From NCBI RefSeq assembly GCF_032062105.1, contig NW_026929674.1, forward strand, positions 62,001 through 126,000: DNA of 64,000 bases, given 5' to 3'. A program made the translations under genes and the position numbers. The DNA is from Saccostrea cucullata. Taxonomy: Eukaryota. The notes under the pieces are model-generated. The model saw nothing but the letters and a program-made list of their open reading frames with translations, had not been told where the DNA came from and made no database searches. This document shows, piece by piece, positions 24,158-37,241 of the stretch (positions are counted from its first letter, which is position 1; each line of letters opens with the position of its first letter).

Positions 24158-27108
24158 ATGGCGAAGGAGACGCGAGGAATAAACTGGAACAGCGAGGAAA
24201 TTATTGAACTCATTGAAAGTTGGGCGTCAGAAGAAATTTCTAATGATTTTTCCGGAGTTTATAGAAACAAGCATGTCTATGAAAAAATTGCCATTGGTAT
24301 GTAGATATTAAATTTATTTATCTTAATTAACTTGATAGATCTACATAAATTTATATCTATATTCTATCATTTAATTCAATAGTACGTTTAGCCTATACCC
24401 CCTTCCAAAATCAAAATGTTTTATGTTTATACCGATTAGATATTGAAATTTAGTAGTGCAGTTTGTAGTACATGTATACGTAAGCCCCATTGGGCCAAGA
24501 AGCCCCTGAGTTTTCGTGTATTTTAATGTGAGAAAAACAAGGCACAATATATATAATAGTGGTATTAGTATTTGTTAGCTATGTACCAAATCATGACATC
24601 ATTAATGCTAGTATCATAGTTTGAATGAAGGGGGCCCAGAGGGCGAATGCCAAAGTATTGTACCAAAGTATGGCATTATTATTCATATCATAGTTTGACA
24701 ATTTCAGGGGGGTACCCCCGCCCCACCCCCATCGCCCCCCTTAAATTTGCCAGTGGTAATAGCATTTCATTGTAAATATTAATGCAAAAAGCAATATATT
24801 ATAGGCTACGGTAAAAATATTTGGATGTACAGCATAACAGATAACTGATTTTGTTTAGCTTTGAGAGGGAAAGGAATTGACAGGACCTGGGAATCCTGTC
24901 GAACCAAAATTAAAGGACTAAGGCAGGCATACTTGAGGGCAAAGCTCCATAATAATACTTCAGGCCAGTCCAGAAGTCGTTTTGTCTATTTTGACAAGCT
25001 GGACGAATTCCTTGGATCGAAACCTCTCACAGAACCATCCGTCCTTGTCGACACTACTGAGAACGTGGAAGAAAAAGTTGCAGTCGAAACAAATAATGGT
25101 GAGACAGAGTAGCAAGTTTATCTGAATTCATTTTTCACAATTTTTTTAAATAGTAAATTTAGAAATAATTATATATGTACATGTATTTTCAAGACCAGAA
25201 GAAGGACACAGCAGAGAAAGCCACCGTCAAAGTGGAGAAGGACGAAGACAATGGAAAGAAAGACGGAGAGAATGGAGGTATTATTATTATTTGATGTCAC
25301 TGGCAAATCAAACTTTGATGGAGTTTAAATACTAGTATAGTACATATATCTATCAACAAATAAGACAGTTTTACCATACATGCATGTCCAGAGCAATATG
25401 AAACTCAGAAATGGTCCGGGATGGGGGTGGGGGTGAAACCGTTTGAAACATGAATTAACTGACAAAACTGAAAAATTATTGCTAGATAGCATTTTCTCAA
25501 ATGAAATCTTACTTATAACCTTATATTCAGAACCTTATATTTATATTTACTATGTTTTATGACATTAGAGCATTCAAGGTCGGAAATCAAGCAGAAAAAT
25601 TTATCGAAGGAAAAAACAAGAAAGAGAACAATGGATGAAAGCCTTAGTAAGTCTCCCTCCCCCATTAATTATGAATAATATATATATATATATATATATG
25701 CATTATTTAGAGAACAAGACGGGTTCTGTATCGTAGATACCCCCAAATTTGTATCTACGATACAGAACCTGTCGAGTTCTCTAAATGATTTGTGACACGA
25801 TCAATCAAAAATAGCTCCGCCCACTTTATAAATTTGCAGCATCCAAACTTCCGTCTGTAGATGAGGCCCCGACGGGGAGTGCGCATCCGCAGTATATATA
25901 TTTCCATGGAAAACGTAAAATTCGGTCAGATTAGTTTTGACAATTTAACGGGGTAGGCGTAATCAAGTGATAGTCAGTCTTAAATGGAGATTTATCATAA
26001 TTTATTTCAGGATTCTTAAAATCCCGGTTTACCTAGATTAACAAAAACAGGATTTACAAAAAGTTCTTCGATGGACTTGGATGTCACTCGGTCACGGATT
26101 TTTTATTTTCAAATTGAATTGCGACATAAACAACGAAATGAAAAAGACGTGTGGCTGTCGTCAGCGAGAAGGACTTTAGAAAATAAAAACGCGGAAAAAA
26201 TGGACTTGAATGATTTTGCACGAGGAGAGTGGATGTTTTCGTTTTCCGTTATTGCGAATTTTCCGTTTCGTTAAGGATGGAAATACGTACAGAGGATGTT
26301 TTCCGTTATTGCGAATTTTCCTTTTACTTTGGATCGAAATTACGTACAGATTCTGTGTGGAATAAGTTTTTAAAAAGTGATTGAGAAATTTTGACATTTT
26401 ACATTGTCAGGAAAATACCGGGTATTTCTCCAAAATTTATAATAGGAAAACATCAACATTTACTATTTGAACGTGCTTTTGCTAAATTGAATCAGATTTA
26501 TTTTTAGACCGTGCTGTATTTTAGATACAGAATAGTTGGCAAATACAATACTGTATATACAGGGCTAATACAGAACGGAAAGTAGCTCCGGCCACCACAG
26601 TCCCGTTCTGTATTGCTAATACAGAACAGTAAACTTCAAAGAAAATCGCCGCTATCGCGTCACAAATACAACTTAACAATGTTCATATAAAGTAAATGGT
26701 TATTTTAGTTAGGTCAAAAATATATACGAAGCCAGATATCAAATTTCATGTTTTGTATATTATCCTTCCTAAAAAGGGATTTCATTCTGAAATTATATCA
26801 TTAAAATTATAGATAACTTCGTACATGCCCTTGTTGACATGGAGGAGAGGCAGACTAAATACCAATTTGATCAGGAAGAGAAGAGAAGGAGGCTGGAGGA
26901 CGAAGCCGAACAAAGACGAATGGAAAGTGAGCGGCAGTTCCAACTACAACTCTATCAAATGCAGGCACAGATGCAGATGCAGATGGCCTCAATATTTATG
27001 GGCACTCCAGCTCCCGGACCAGCACAAGCTCCAGGGTCAGCAGGAGACAACGAATCAAATATCCCTATACAGGAAGCTCTCTATCACGCTGACTATTTCG
27101 ATCTATGA
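24158..27108 (+). CDS. Harbinger Myb/SANT-like (trihelix) DNA-binding protein, 5 exons, ~278 aa
   Basis: Exons 24158-24296, 24859-25098, 25194-25277, 25569-25646, 26813-27108; all GT-AG, all phase 1, open. Sequence W..EEIIELIESW...RNKHVYEKIA..LR..G..RTWESCRTKIKGLRQAY...FVYFDKLDEFLG, with a C-terminal coiled coil. Confidence 0.88.
24480..24754. mobile_element. Decayed relative of the 6198-6541 MITE, in Myb-gene intron 1
   Basis: gggggcccagagggcgaa and tttgacaatttcagggggg...cccccttaaatttgccagtg match the 3' part of the 6198 element. Confidence 0.55.
25705..26667. mobile_element. Unclassified hairpin-ended element in Myb-gene intron 4, next to a (TA)n tract
   Basis: 36-bp-arm hairpin 25705-25786 (33/36 paired, 10-nt loop). 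Inverted pair ATTTGTGACACGAT (25788) / ATCGCGTCACAAAT (26654). Recurring TACAGAAC motif at both ends. Confidence 0.6.
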
Positions 27109-27319
27109 TTATATCAGTACATAATCTGTATCATGTGTATACATATCTGAACTGTTCAACATAATTTAATTCCTCAGTTGATTCATTCACGTATAAGGTC
27201 TTTTCCATGTAAGCATTAGATCATTTTACTCATTGTTAAAATAAAAAAAATAAGTCTTGATCCTGATCCTGATCTTGTAAAATTAAAATCACCGTAATTC
27301 ATACGGATATCATATATGG

Positions 27320-27500
27320 TACACGTGCAGGGAAATTTTCGCCCCGTTTTATTTTTATCCCTTTTGCCCTAATCATAGAAGCTGTGATTGGGGGAATTTT
27401 AAACCGGCGTGACTGGACGAAATTAAATTAGGGCTTAATTGTTTGCAAGTATATATGAAAGGGCAAAAATAACACGAGACGAAAATAAACCCGGCGTGTA
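27320..27500. mobile_element. Small degenerate MITE
   Basis: Imperfect inverted ends: gggaaattttcgccccgttttatttt..cccttttgccc versus gggcaaaaataacacgagacgaaaataaaccc. Confidence 0.5.
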
Positions 27501-27521
27501 TAGAGAACGTTATTTAGTTTT

Positions 27522-27725
27522 AAGGGAATATATCATATACCTAGTAGTGTATCAGCCCTGATACAGGCGTTTTGGACTAGGAGAGACAGCGCTTCGGAAG
27601 TAGGGCTGTCTCGCCCTCAGGGCTGAGATATCTCTGCCTCGGCCCTCCGGGCTTGGGCCGATACCAACCGCTCGGGCTGATACCAGGGCCGAGATCAAAA
27701 CAGCAGTATGATATTCTATATAACT
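27522..27725. repeat. GC-rich multi-hairpin (cruciform-like) element end
   Basis: Nested stems GTATCAG-cc-CTGATAC, GAGACAGC...GCTGTCTC, CTCAG-gg-CTGAG and TCGGCCC...GGGCCGA inside imperfect outer arms (gaatatatcata / tatgatattc). Confidence 0.55.
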
Positions 27726-29028
27726 CAATCGCATCATCTCGGGTCAGAAAGACAACCTCCAATGTTTTAACATTGACGCAAAAATTTTAAACAATATAGA
27801 ATTGCTTCATATTTAGTAAAGTATTTGAAAGACAGAGTTAAAAGACAATTCTATGGTATAAATGTACATTTGTAGGTATTTAAGACCGCGGAACATTAAC
27901 TGGCAAGATTGGAAATATGCAGATTAATTCATTTCTATCTGTAACAATCAAAACATTCAGTGATATACAATGAAATGGGCGGGTACAATTCGACGCGGAC
28001 GGCCGAAAAAAACATTGGATTGAAATTTTCTTTTGAAATTTTTACAATCCACCTCAGCTACACTAGAAGGCACATTACTATTGATTGACCAAGAAGACAA
28101 ATTTAATTTCGGTATAGTTTGAAAATAATATATCAATCAGAATTTTCTGTCCAGTATTTTAAAGTTGAGCTCCAAACTCCTCAGATAAGATGTTTCCTTC
28201 CATTTCTTTCAAAGTTTGTGAAAAAGGAAACGGGATGGGGTGGGGTGGTGTGTGTGTGGGGGGGGGGGGGGTCATGGCGCGTATTCAATGTTGTTTTCCA
28301 CTTGTTGGAAAGGCCCTAGAAGTGGTGACTGGAGAACGACTCATTTATTATAAACAAACAAACAAAAAAAAAAAAACAAACAAAAACAAAAACAAAAAAA
28401 AAGAAGAGAAAAAGAAACGAAAAATGAGGATACGAGGGAATTAATTAATTCGACAGAATTCTGCATTCACATAAAAGTGAAAAGTTTATTGATTTATTGA
28501 TTAAGAAATAAAACTATGCATTTGGATATTGTAGGTGTTCAAATAGGTTGATTTATATTTCAGTATTTTAAAAGTTTTATTTTTATATTTGCATAACTCT
28601 TGATAGATTAGAAAATTAGAAAGCATTAATCATTCATTTTAATTATATTTGTCATTTTTCATTAAAGATATATTTGCCATTTCATTTAACATCAATCTAA
28701 GGCCACAACTATGTTTTCTTCCCTCGGACCTGCGCGATCACATTTTATAAAACTATATATAAATAATATTATTTTAAATTTCCCAAAACGGGAAAATCAT
28801 ATGCTAATTTCTGTTCTATTTCCGCTCTATTTTCGAAATTTAAATCTGCTTACTTGTATACAAGTCAGAAAAAAGTATATAAAACAAATATAATTGTCCG
28901 TGCATTTTTTTTTTCATGTTCTGACCATATATCAACCAACAGCAATTAAAAAAGTAGTAAGTTATAAGAAATATACTATATTGCAATATTTGTCTTTGAT
29001 TTTTTTTTTCACAGCCTTAAATTAAGAA

Positions 29029-30279
29029 TTACAAATTTGCGGCAATAGCCTCTCTGATAATGTTAGCATTTTGTGGGGCGTTTCCCAAGCATCTGTTTTG
29101 GTCCATGTTAATAGTCCTCGTCCATTCGTCAATCGCCTGTACGCTGTCTAGCTCGCTCAAATTATTTAGAACACAGCATGCTGTGACAACATCCACGAAA
29201 AAGGGAAGTTTCCCATCAAATCTTTTCGAAAGTTTTCTCCATCTAGATTTGAGTCTTCCAAAAGTATTTTCTATAACCATTCGTGCGCTTGAGTGTTTGA
29301 AATTGTATTGTGCTTGTACCGGATCAAGATTTCCTTTAAAAGGTGTCATAAGAGAATTTGACAACGGGTAAGCAGCGTCGCCAATGAGATGTAATGGTAC
29401 GTTTACAGTATCAATTAATAAAGAAAGTTGCGGTAAAAAAGTTGACATTTTTTTGCATATAGAGGAATGTTTGTATATTCTAGCATCATGAGCCTTTCCA
29501 GGCCAACCAATATATACGTCCAAAAATCTGTAGCGATGGTCTGAAACGGCCTGCATAACTATTGAATAGAAACCTTTCCGATTATAATAGTCATTTGGAT
29601 TTTCGGAAGGTGCCAAAATCTGAAAGTGAGTACCATCAATTGCGCCTATTGTTTGGGGAAAACCTCGGAAATTAAAACCATGTACAATATCGCTAGCTTC
29701 CTCCTCAGTTCTAGGGAATCTTATAACTTTTGAACACATGTTTTTCAAAGCAAATACCACATCATGGACGATTTTCCATACAGTCGATTTTCCACAGGCA
29801 AATGTTACTGCCAGAGAACGAAAATCAATCGGCGAACTCAGATACCACAAAGTGATTAAAATTTTTTTTTGCAGTGGAACCGCAGTTCGCATATTTGTGT
29901 CTTTCGATTTAACCGTGTCCAGTTCCTTGACCAAGTAATCAAACGTATATTTGTGTACCCTTATGTGGCTCTTAAATTCACTCTCCTTCCACGACAGAAA
30001 ATCCGTATACAGATCACTTTCCCTGTCAAACTTCCAAGTTGATCTTTTGAATTGTAATTGATTTCGCATATTCAATAAAGAACCAATAATCAAAAAAAAC
30101 AATCGTCTACGATGTCTGCGATTTTTCATGAGACGTTCCCACCTTGATTTTCTTCTTTGTTTCAGTCTAAGATATCTCTCTTTTCTTTGTCGATGTAGCA
30201 AATTATGATGACATTGTAAATTGACTTGGAAAAAACAGCGAAGGAAAAGGAAAAATTTGCATAGTGTTGCTTTCTCCAT
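29029..30279 (-). CDS. Harbinger DDE transposase (DDE_Tnp_4/HARBI1-like), 416 aa, intact
   Basis: GAIDGTH, YYNRKGFYSI.MQAVSD, GWPGKAHDARIY, LIGDAAYPL and ARMVIENTFGRLKSRW motifs; catalytic D/D/E all present. Confidence 0.95.
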   Translation of the reverse strand: MEKATLCKFFLFLRCFFQVNLQCHHNLLHRQRKERYLRLKQRRKSRWERLMKNRRHRRRLFFLIIGSLLNMRNQLQFKRSTWKFDRESDLYTDFLSWKESEFKSHIRVHKYTFDYLVKELDTVKSKDTNMRTAVPLQKKILITLWYLSSPIDFRSLAVTFACGKSTVWKIVHDVVFALKNMCSKVIRFPRTEEEASDIVHGFNFRGFPQTIGAIDGTHFQILAPSENPNDYYNRKGFYSIVMQAVSDHRYRFLDVYIGWPGKAHDARIYKHSSICKKMSTFLPQLSLLIDTVNVPLHLIGDAAYPLSNSLMTPFKGNLDPVQAQYNFKHSSARMVIENTFGRLKSRWRKLSKRFDGKLPFFVDVVTACCVLNNLSELDSVQAIDEWTRTINMDQNRCLGNAPQNANIIREAIAANL

Positions 30280-30837
30280 TTTGATAAATGTTCAAAAGGT
30301 GACGTAATTAATTTTAATGACGTCATAATACAATTAACGTCGTCAATTTTTTTACAATCTTGCTCTTCGTAACCTTGCCATCAACATAATTTTCTGAATA
30401 TTTTCTGAATATTATTATTTTTTATCGTTCAGTTTAAAAAATAAACTTGTATACTTTCAGTTAAAGATACATGCATACTTTGAACCAATTATTTACATGT
30501 GATGCGGCCTTTACGTATTTTCTGTTCTGAGCAGTTTCAATAAATTTTTGTGTTAGAAAAAATATAGCAATTTTAATATTGCTTTTACTAATTGGTTAAT
30601 ATCATTATTATTTCTTTTGTCTTAGCCATTGAATAATTTCTCGCACCTGCTTACCTGGAAATATTTACAAATTTAATGCGAATTAGTTTACTTCGCATTA
30701 ACGTCGTGTGAACGCTATTTAATTCGCATTAATTTAATTCGCATTAGTTTACTTCGCATTTACTTCGCATTAGTTTACTGCGAATTAAACTCTCCGTGTG
30801 AACAGGGCACAAATTTTTATTATCACAATGACACTTA

Positions 30838-31917
30838 TGCCCTGTTCACACGACGAGTTTAATTCGCAGTAAATTAATGCGAAGTAAACTAATGCCCTGT
30901 TCACACGGATAATTTAATTCGCAGTATATTAATGCGAAGTAAACTAATGCGAATCAAACTAATGCGAATTAAATTGCGTTCACACGACAGCTAATGCGAA
31001 GTAAACTAATGCGAATTAAAATTTTACTTCGACAGTCAGGCGTGAGGAAGGCTCTTATGACGTCATTTGCAAATCACGTCACCTTATGCAGAAAGAAATG
31101 CATTTGACAATATGTCACAGTGTCTGGAGACATATTTTAGTGATTAACACATTTTTTCTTAGTTTTTCACTCAAAAATAGCACAAGTACTTAAAGCTGAC
31201 CACCGACATGATGCATTTGACATAATTTTGCCATTACGCATGCCCCAAAATTTAATTCGAATTAGCTTCGCTTAGCGTTCACACGGAGCTAATGCGAAGT
31301 AATTTAATGCGCAGTAAACTAATGCGAAGTAAACTAATTCGCATTAAATTCTCCGTGTGAACGCTAAGCGAAGCTAATTCGCAGTAAACTTACGTTTAAT
31401 TCGAATTAAACTCCCCGTGTGAACAGGGCATAATGCGAATCAAATTAATGCGAATTAAATTGCGTTCACATGACGGCTAATGCGAAGTAAACTAATGCGA
31501 ATTATAATTTTTCTTCTACAGTCAGGTGTCAGTAAGTCTATTATGACGTCATTTATAAATCACGTCATGTATGCAGAGCCATCCTTTGATACATCATGTA
31601 GTGGCTATAGGTATTCATTGATTTTAGTAATTAACATACTTTCCCTCAATTTTTGAACCAAATATAGCACAAATACCTATATATAACCACCAACACGTGT
31701 CCTGTGACTTAATTCTAGCCTTACGCATGTGTCAAAATTTAATTCGAATTAGCTTCGCTTAGCGTTCACACGGAGCTAATGCGAAGTAATTTAATGCGCA
31801 GTAAATTAATTCGAATTAAAATAATTCGCATTAAATTCTCCGTGTGAACGCTAAGCGAAGCTAATTCGCAGTAACTTTACGTTTAATTCGAATTAAACTC
31901 TCCGTGTGAACAGGGCA
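30838..31917. mobile_element. Harbinger MITE (~539 bp, TSD TTA) interrupted by a second MITE
   Basis: TGCCCTGTTCACACG termini; TTA at 30835-37 and 31918-20. Opposite orientation to the autonomous element. Confidence 0.92.
30893..31430. mobile_element. Nested Harbinger MITE (538 bp, TSD TAA)
   Basis: Same termini; TAA at 30890-92 and 31431-33. The host MITE repeat (aac-TAA-tgcgaatc) resumes after it. Confidence 0.92.
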
Positions 31918-34760
31918 TTATTATTCCGTACATTGTTAATCAAAAAAGGAATGGCTTTGTATTTTCAAATTGTGAAATCAAGTAAAAGTTATACAAGTTA
32001 ATTAATTAACATTTATCAAAAATAAAAATTCTTTATTAATGAAGGTTTAATTATGATCGTGGTTATTTACCATGAATATCTTATGACAGCTACAACAAAA
32101 AAGTTGATATGAAATAAGGAAATGGTCATTCGTGTACACCACTCGGCCGGTTTAGTTGGACCTGTCCCTTCCTGGGACTATTTTACGATTTTTATACAAT
32201 TTCTAATAAAGACATGAATCGTTTTCGATCAAAGAAGGTTCTTATGAAGCGTGAATGATAAATAATAATATTGCCTTTGCTTTTTATCGTTAATGGTTGT
32301 CTGATGTTCATTAATCTTTATAAGTTTCATGCGCGTGACTTCTCCTAATTAAGGTTTGAGACTGGGGCTATGACAGAAGAGTTTAATTTTGATATTTATA
32401 ATTCAAACTGAAAATTTTACTTTTTTCCCTTAAATTTTTGTCTTTAAGTGTTATCTTAAAACATGTATATTTAGTTTTGATAAAAAGGAAGATTGATATT
32501 TACTGCCTTGATAATTTGTTATATGTAATGAATAAAGTTTCAAGGATATTGTACATTTCAAAATCATGCTCTGTCAAATTTGTTACTTTAAATGATAATT
32601 CTAGACTTGAATTCCAAACCTGATTTGAGAAAAACAATGTACTCACTTCCCTTTTTGTTATTTGTTTGTAGACATCCTTTCTGTAAATGTGTCAGATCTG
32701 TTTTTTTTTAAATAGAATTGGATGCTTGGCAACTAGAAAATAAGTAAAGCTACATAATGGTATATTACCAATTTGTTTTAGCAAAAAATCAGTAGATTTC
32801 GTATTGACAAAACAGTTTAAGCATGATTGCATCATATTTTTTATTAGAAATATCTTGATCAATATTCTACCATACATAATGCAAAATGCTTTTCCCCTAT
32901 ATTTTTGGAAATTCAATATAGCTTTGGTCCAATTTGATTCAAACTTAATCGAGGAACTTTTCATCTTTTTAATATTATCTCGAAATACGTGCGTCTGTCG
33001 AATCAAACTGGATTATATATATAGTATATGACCAGTGACAAAATTTGATATTTTGCGGCTGTTATCTATGATTAAATTATCGTAAGAAATGCAGAATTTT
33101 GTGATTTGCATTTTTTGGTAAAAGTTCTTTAAAATTTGCAAGTAAAACAACTTGCTTTGAGAGCAGAATATGTATACAAACCGTACAGTACCCTTCATAC
33201 AATTAACAATTTGCCCGAAGTTTTTGATAACAGACTTAACTTGCCAGATTTAATACAGATTTTTTTTCTTTTTTTTACATATATGGCACTATAAAATACT
33301 AATCGTTATTTACAGAGAAGATATTCGTTTCGGGTAAAATTTACATCATACACGTTAAAATTCAAAAAGAAACTCAGAATATATTTTTTTAACATTAAAA
33401 CTCGTTTTGTATCCTTCGTTTTAAGGAATACTGGTATCAGTAAATTAACCTTGTGATTGATTGCCAATTAATCACTTTCTTTAAGCATGAGAACGTTATA
33501 TGTTTTAAATCCACCGACAGATCATAGCCATGATCCGAAACCTGTAAACAGTCGTGTTATGTCTAAGCAAGTTTTTAGTGGTTTTAAATAAGAATTACAT
33601 GTTACCTAATGCATGCCTATGTTTCCGTAAACTTCCAGCTTCCAACGCAATAAGTCTAACGGTTTGTTAGAAACCCTCATTCAATGTCTAAAGTCTTACA
33701 CTTCAACTTCAAGGGAGAACAAATAATTCTTGTTAAACATATATAGTTTCAGTATTAACTTCACATTTGAATATGTATATTACATCGTTTGTTTGAAGAA
33801 TGATCACAAAGGCTACTATGTTTCTACAATAACTTTTTTAAAATTTTTTAACATAAAGCAGTACGATAAATATGTTTGGGTTTTTTAGTTTTTGTGGTAA
33901 ATTTGTGTCATTCTGCCAGAACTGACATTCTTGGAAGTATGCAAAGTCATCGATGACATCTTTCAGCGTTTTGAGCTGTAGTTGCTATGGGGTATATTTT
34001 AAGCATCAATACCTATTTGCCAACAATATTCATATATAAGCTATTTTTGTTCAGCGAAACAGACACTGGCTAAATAGTTACTCTAAGGTTGTAATCAGGA
34101 ATTTTATATTTTAAAATGTACTCATTCATATCTAAATGCTATAATTTGAAGTCAAAAATGAATGACGTTTTCAATACTGCTTTTTTTTCGTTTATCATAA
34201 ACTGATTAATAAGAAAAAGGTTTCTAGGGAAAAAAAACCTCAAAATGCAAGAATAGACGGAATGAACTTCAGTATTTGTTGCTAAAAATAGATATTGAAT
34301 AAATAGTAAGTTGTTTGACTGGTCATTGAATTAGGTTTTACAAACAATCGAACCTCGGTGCATAAAATTTGCCCTCTTTATGGTACGAAAGTAGTATAAA
34401 CTATATTGGACTGATAATGAAATAGTTATTAATATCATATTACATGCATATTATCAATACCAATGCCCACTCGTACAAAAACAAACGTATAAAACTTCCA
34501 TGTCGGAAACAATTCGACTGACGTAACCACTTTGCATGCCATGCACGTGCATATTGAAGTTTTTCTCACTTACACTTTTCCCCCTGCCCTTTCATTCTGA
34601 CAACGCACTGTTTTGGCTTGTCTTTGTTTGATGAATGTTTGCCATCAACCATTGCCCAGGGCGCTTCAGGTAGAACTTACTTATCATATTCGGAATGATC
34701 GTTGTGAAGAGAAAAGCATTTCATATTTAGGGAATATACACAGCTCATGGGCCGTTGAAG

Positions 34761-34849
34761 ATGGAGTTAGCACGGGCTATTATGTCTGTCCAAGTTCTAA
34801 TTTTCTTTGGAATTTTAGTTTTGGATTCATCTGCTCATCAAGGCCATGT
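34761..34849 (+). CDS. Proximal alternative first coding exon with signal peptide (MELARAIMSVQVLIFFGILVLDSSA/HQGH)
   Basis: Good ATG context (gaagATGG), h-region plus S-S-A cleavage site, donor GT/gtaagt at 34849, phase 2. Joins exon 39535 as HQGHV-HHAP. TATAAAA at 34488 upstream. Confidence 0.72.
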
Positions 34850-36193
34850 GTAAGTTGGGAACTTTTGAATTTTAGGGACTTTAACTTAAAATATAATTTC
34901 ATTTCGAAAATACACATAACATCACGTGTGTTTGGTGTGCCTTGCATATTATTTTCATACTATTATTTTCCTATTGAATTATATCTATTGAAAGTAAAAT
35001 ACTATTGTAAATAGTGGTTCCTATAATGTATTCCTAAACTAAATACCACTTTTCAATGTTCAGAAGGACTTTTAAGGTTTGTTATTTTCATATTAACACG
35101 AGTTACACATTTTACCATTTATTATAAATCTTAATTATTCAGGCGTGGTATTTTATGTTAATACATTTTCGAAATCATGCTTTGGTTCACCGATAAGTGC
35201 CTGCTTTAAAAATTGACATATATTTACTAATATCGGTTAATTTTTATGATTTCTCCTTAAATTCCTTTACTTTTAACACCTGTACAATTTTGGGATTATA
35301 GTAATGAAATCTAAATAACATTCAGATACAATAAGAATAATATTCTTTTTTCCAGAATTAAAGCTTTAAATCGTTTATTATGATGTAATTATTGTCATCT
35401 GTATATAACTATTTGTTTTGATTGACTAATTAGATCTTTACCTTAGGTAAAGGATGTAAACAAACAAAGGTTCAGGTCTCTGTCAGCTATTGATCTATCG
35501 ACATGTTGTACTTTTATTATTTTGTTGAAGTAGTACAAGGTGGCGTGTTAAGGGCCTTGCATTTTGTGTTATTTATGATTATGGAAACACTTTGAAAAGT
35601 TCATCGCTATGATCATTATAATTATAAATACCAGGTATACAATAAAAACATCAATAGTTTTTTTTTACTTGTGTACAAGCTTGTACAATAGACTCCGAAG
35701 ATAGTGGTATTTGGTTGAAGGAAATGATTTAAATAATAGGTCAAATCAATATCTGTTCGGCCAAATGGTTTTCTATTCAAGCTTAATTATAATTTTACTT
35801 ACTTCTTCATGTTTATTTCGTGTTAAAGATATAAGTAGCTTTCAACAAATATTCAAAAGCATGAATATTAAAAGATTTCAGTTTAAAAAAAATACCTTGT
35901 GTAAAATACCTTGTGTTATGCTCATGTTTGCTTTTAATTCAAGACCAAATACATTGTGTTGGTGAACTTGTTTGTACTAAAACAACTGTTAACGAGGACC
36001 TTACACTTACCATGTAAGCACGCTGTATACACGATATGTAGGACCTTACAAAACATGCCTTGTTGTTAGAGTCGTGTTCCTTGCCAGGGGGCTCTTTGCT
36101 GTGGCCATCAAAGTAATGCATATAGCTCCCAACAATAAACGCTTCTCTTCAAATATAACAAAACACACTTTTAGTGCAAAACTTATGTATATA

Positions 36194-37241
36194 CGAGGGT
36201 TGTCCCGTAAAATCGTGGACAAAGCGTTTTTCTCCAAAAGTAAAGGGCGCACTAAGCTGAAATTTTCAGTAAATGTTTATTCATCATATTTAAGTGAATC
36301 ATAATGTTTTTGATAATATATATTCAAAAATAAAGATTTTATTATGCTTGAATTCGCACAAGGTACGGTCCTACGGCGCACGGTAAAAATAGCAAGGTTA
36401 TATTAGAGAAGACACTAGAATTAATTCGTAATAAAAGTTTCTATATATAATATAAGGGTGAAAATTATCCTAATAAGATTCCTTAATCAATTCTGTCGTC
36501 TTTTGAAAGATTTCAAGGCATTTGGTTAATTTTTGGCAGTTTCCCGAGCATTCCAAATTGGAAAGTGGTAAACACATACACGAAAAATGGCGACTTTTGA
36601 TGACGTTACGGCGCACCGGAGAGCAGTTCAGATAGATTAGGATGTTGTAATGACGCCTTACGAGACTTAAAATGAATACAGAAGAACGAAAATATGAAAA
36701 ATATAACCAGATCTTTAGTATATAAATGAAATGAAAGTTTTCTTAGCGAAGTCTTATCCCCAGATAGTACAAAACATATGGACAGACTGCCATTGTAATA
36801 GCAAAGGACGCAGTCACTGTCGACCGTCGATGTGAGATTCTCTTTTCGTTGAATGATGGTGAGAATACTGTCCGTAACTTGCTAATAAATATTCAGAACA
36901 TCGCATTAGTGTGCCACATTGGTTCCTTATCTGGTTATAGACACTCACGTATGTAAATCAATAAAATTTCTAAATTTAAGTGGGGCTTATCCAACTTTAA
37001 GTTTAGCAAAGATGAAACGTGACGCTGTTTTAGACACTTTGACGTTATCATCCGTGCGCCGTAGGGCGATACAGTACATAACATAAAATATCATAATTTG
37101 ATTATTTATGCATATATCTATTTGAAATTTGCTATGTATATTCATAATATACGTACTAAAGAGTGGTGAAAATTTCAGAACTCAGTGATAATTATTTTTC
37201 AAACTAGCCAACTTGTCCACGATTTTACTGGACAACCCTCG
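36194..37241 (+). mobile_element. Internally deleted mariner element (1048 bp)
   Basis: 29-bp TIRs CGAGGGTTGTCC(C/A)GTAAAATCGTGGACAA with TA on both sides. Decayed N-terminal transposase remnants from ~36587 (..TRSLVYK..). Confidence 0.85.

Larger units (their letters stand above)
23386..30809. mobile_element. Complete autonomous PIF/Harbinger transposon (7424 bp)
   Basis: TIR TGCCCTGTTCACACGGAGA at both ends. 3-bp TSD CAA (23383-85, 30810-12). Subterminal arrays of TAATGCGAA/TTCGCATTA. Convergent Myb/SANT-like and DDE transposase genes. Confidence 0.95.

Noticed and set aside
28119-28444. ORFs with poly-Gly and poly-Lys
   Set aside because: They arise from G and A homopolymer tracts.
34613-35014. 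133-aa ORF-track entry
   Set aside because: Non-ATG start and no domain. The credible exon here is in another frame (34761-34849).
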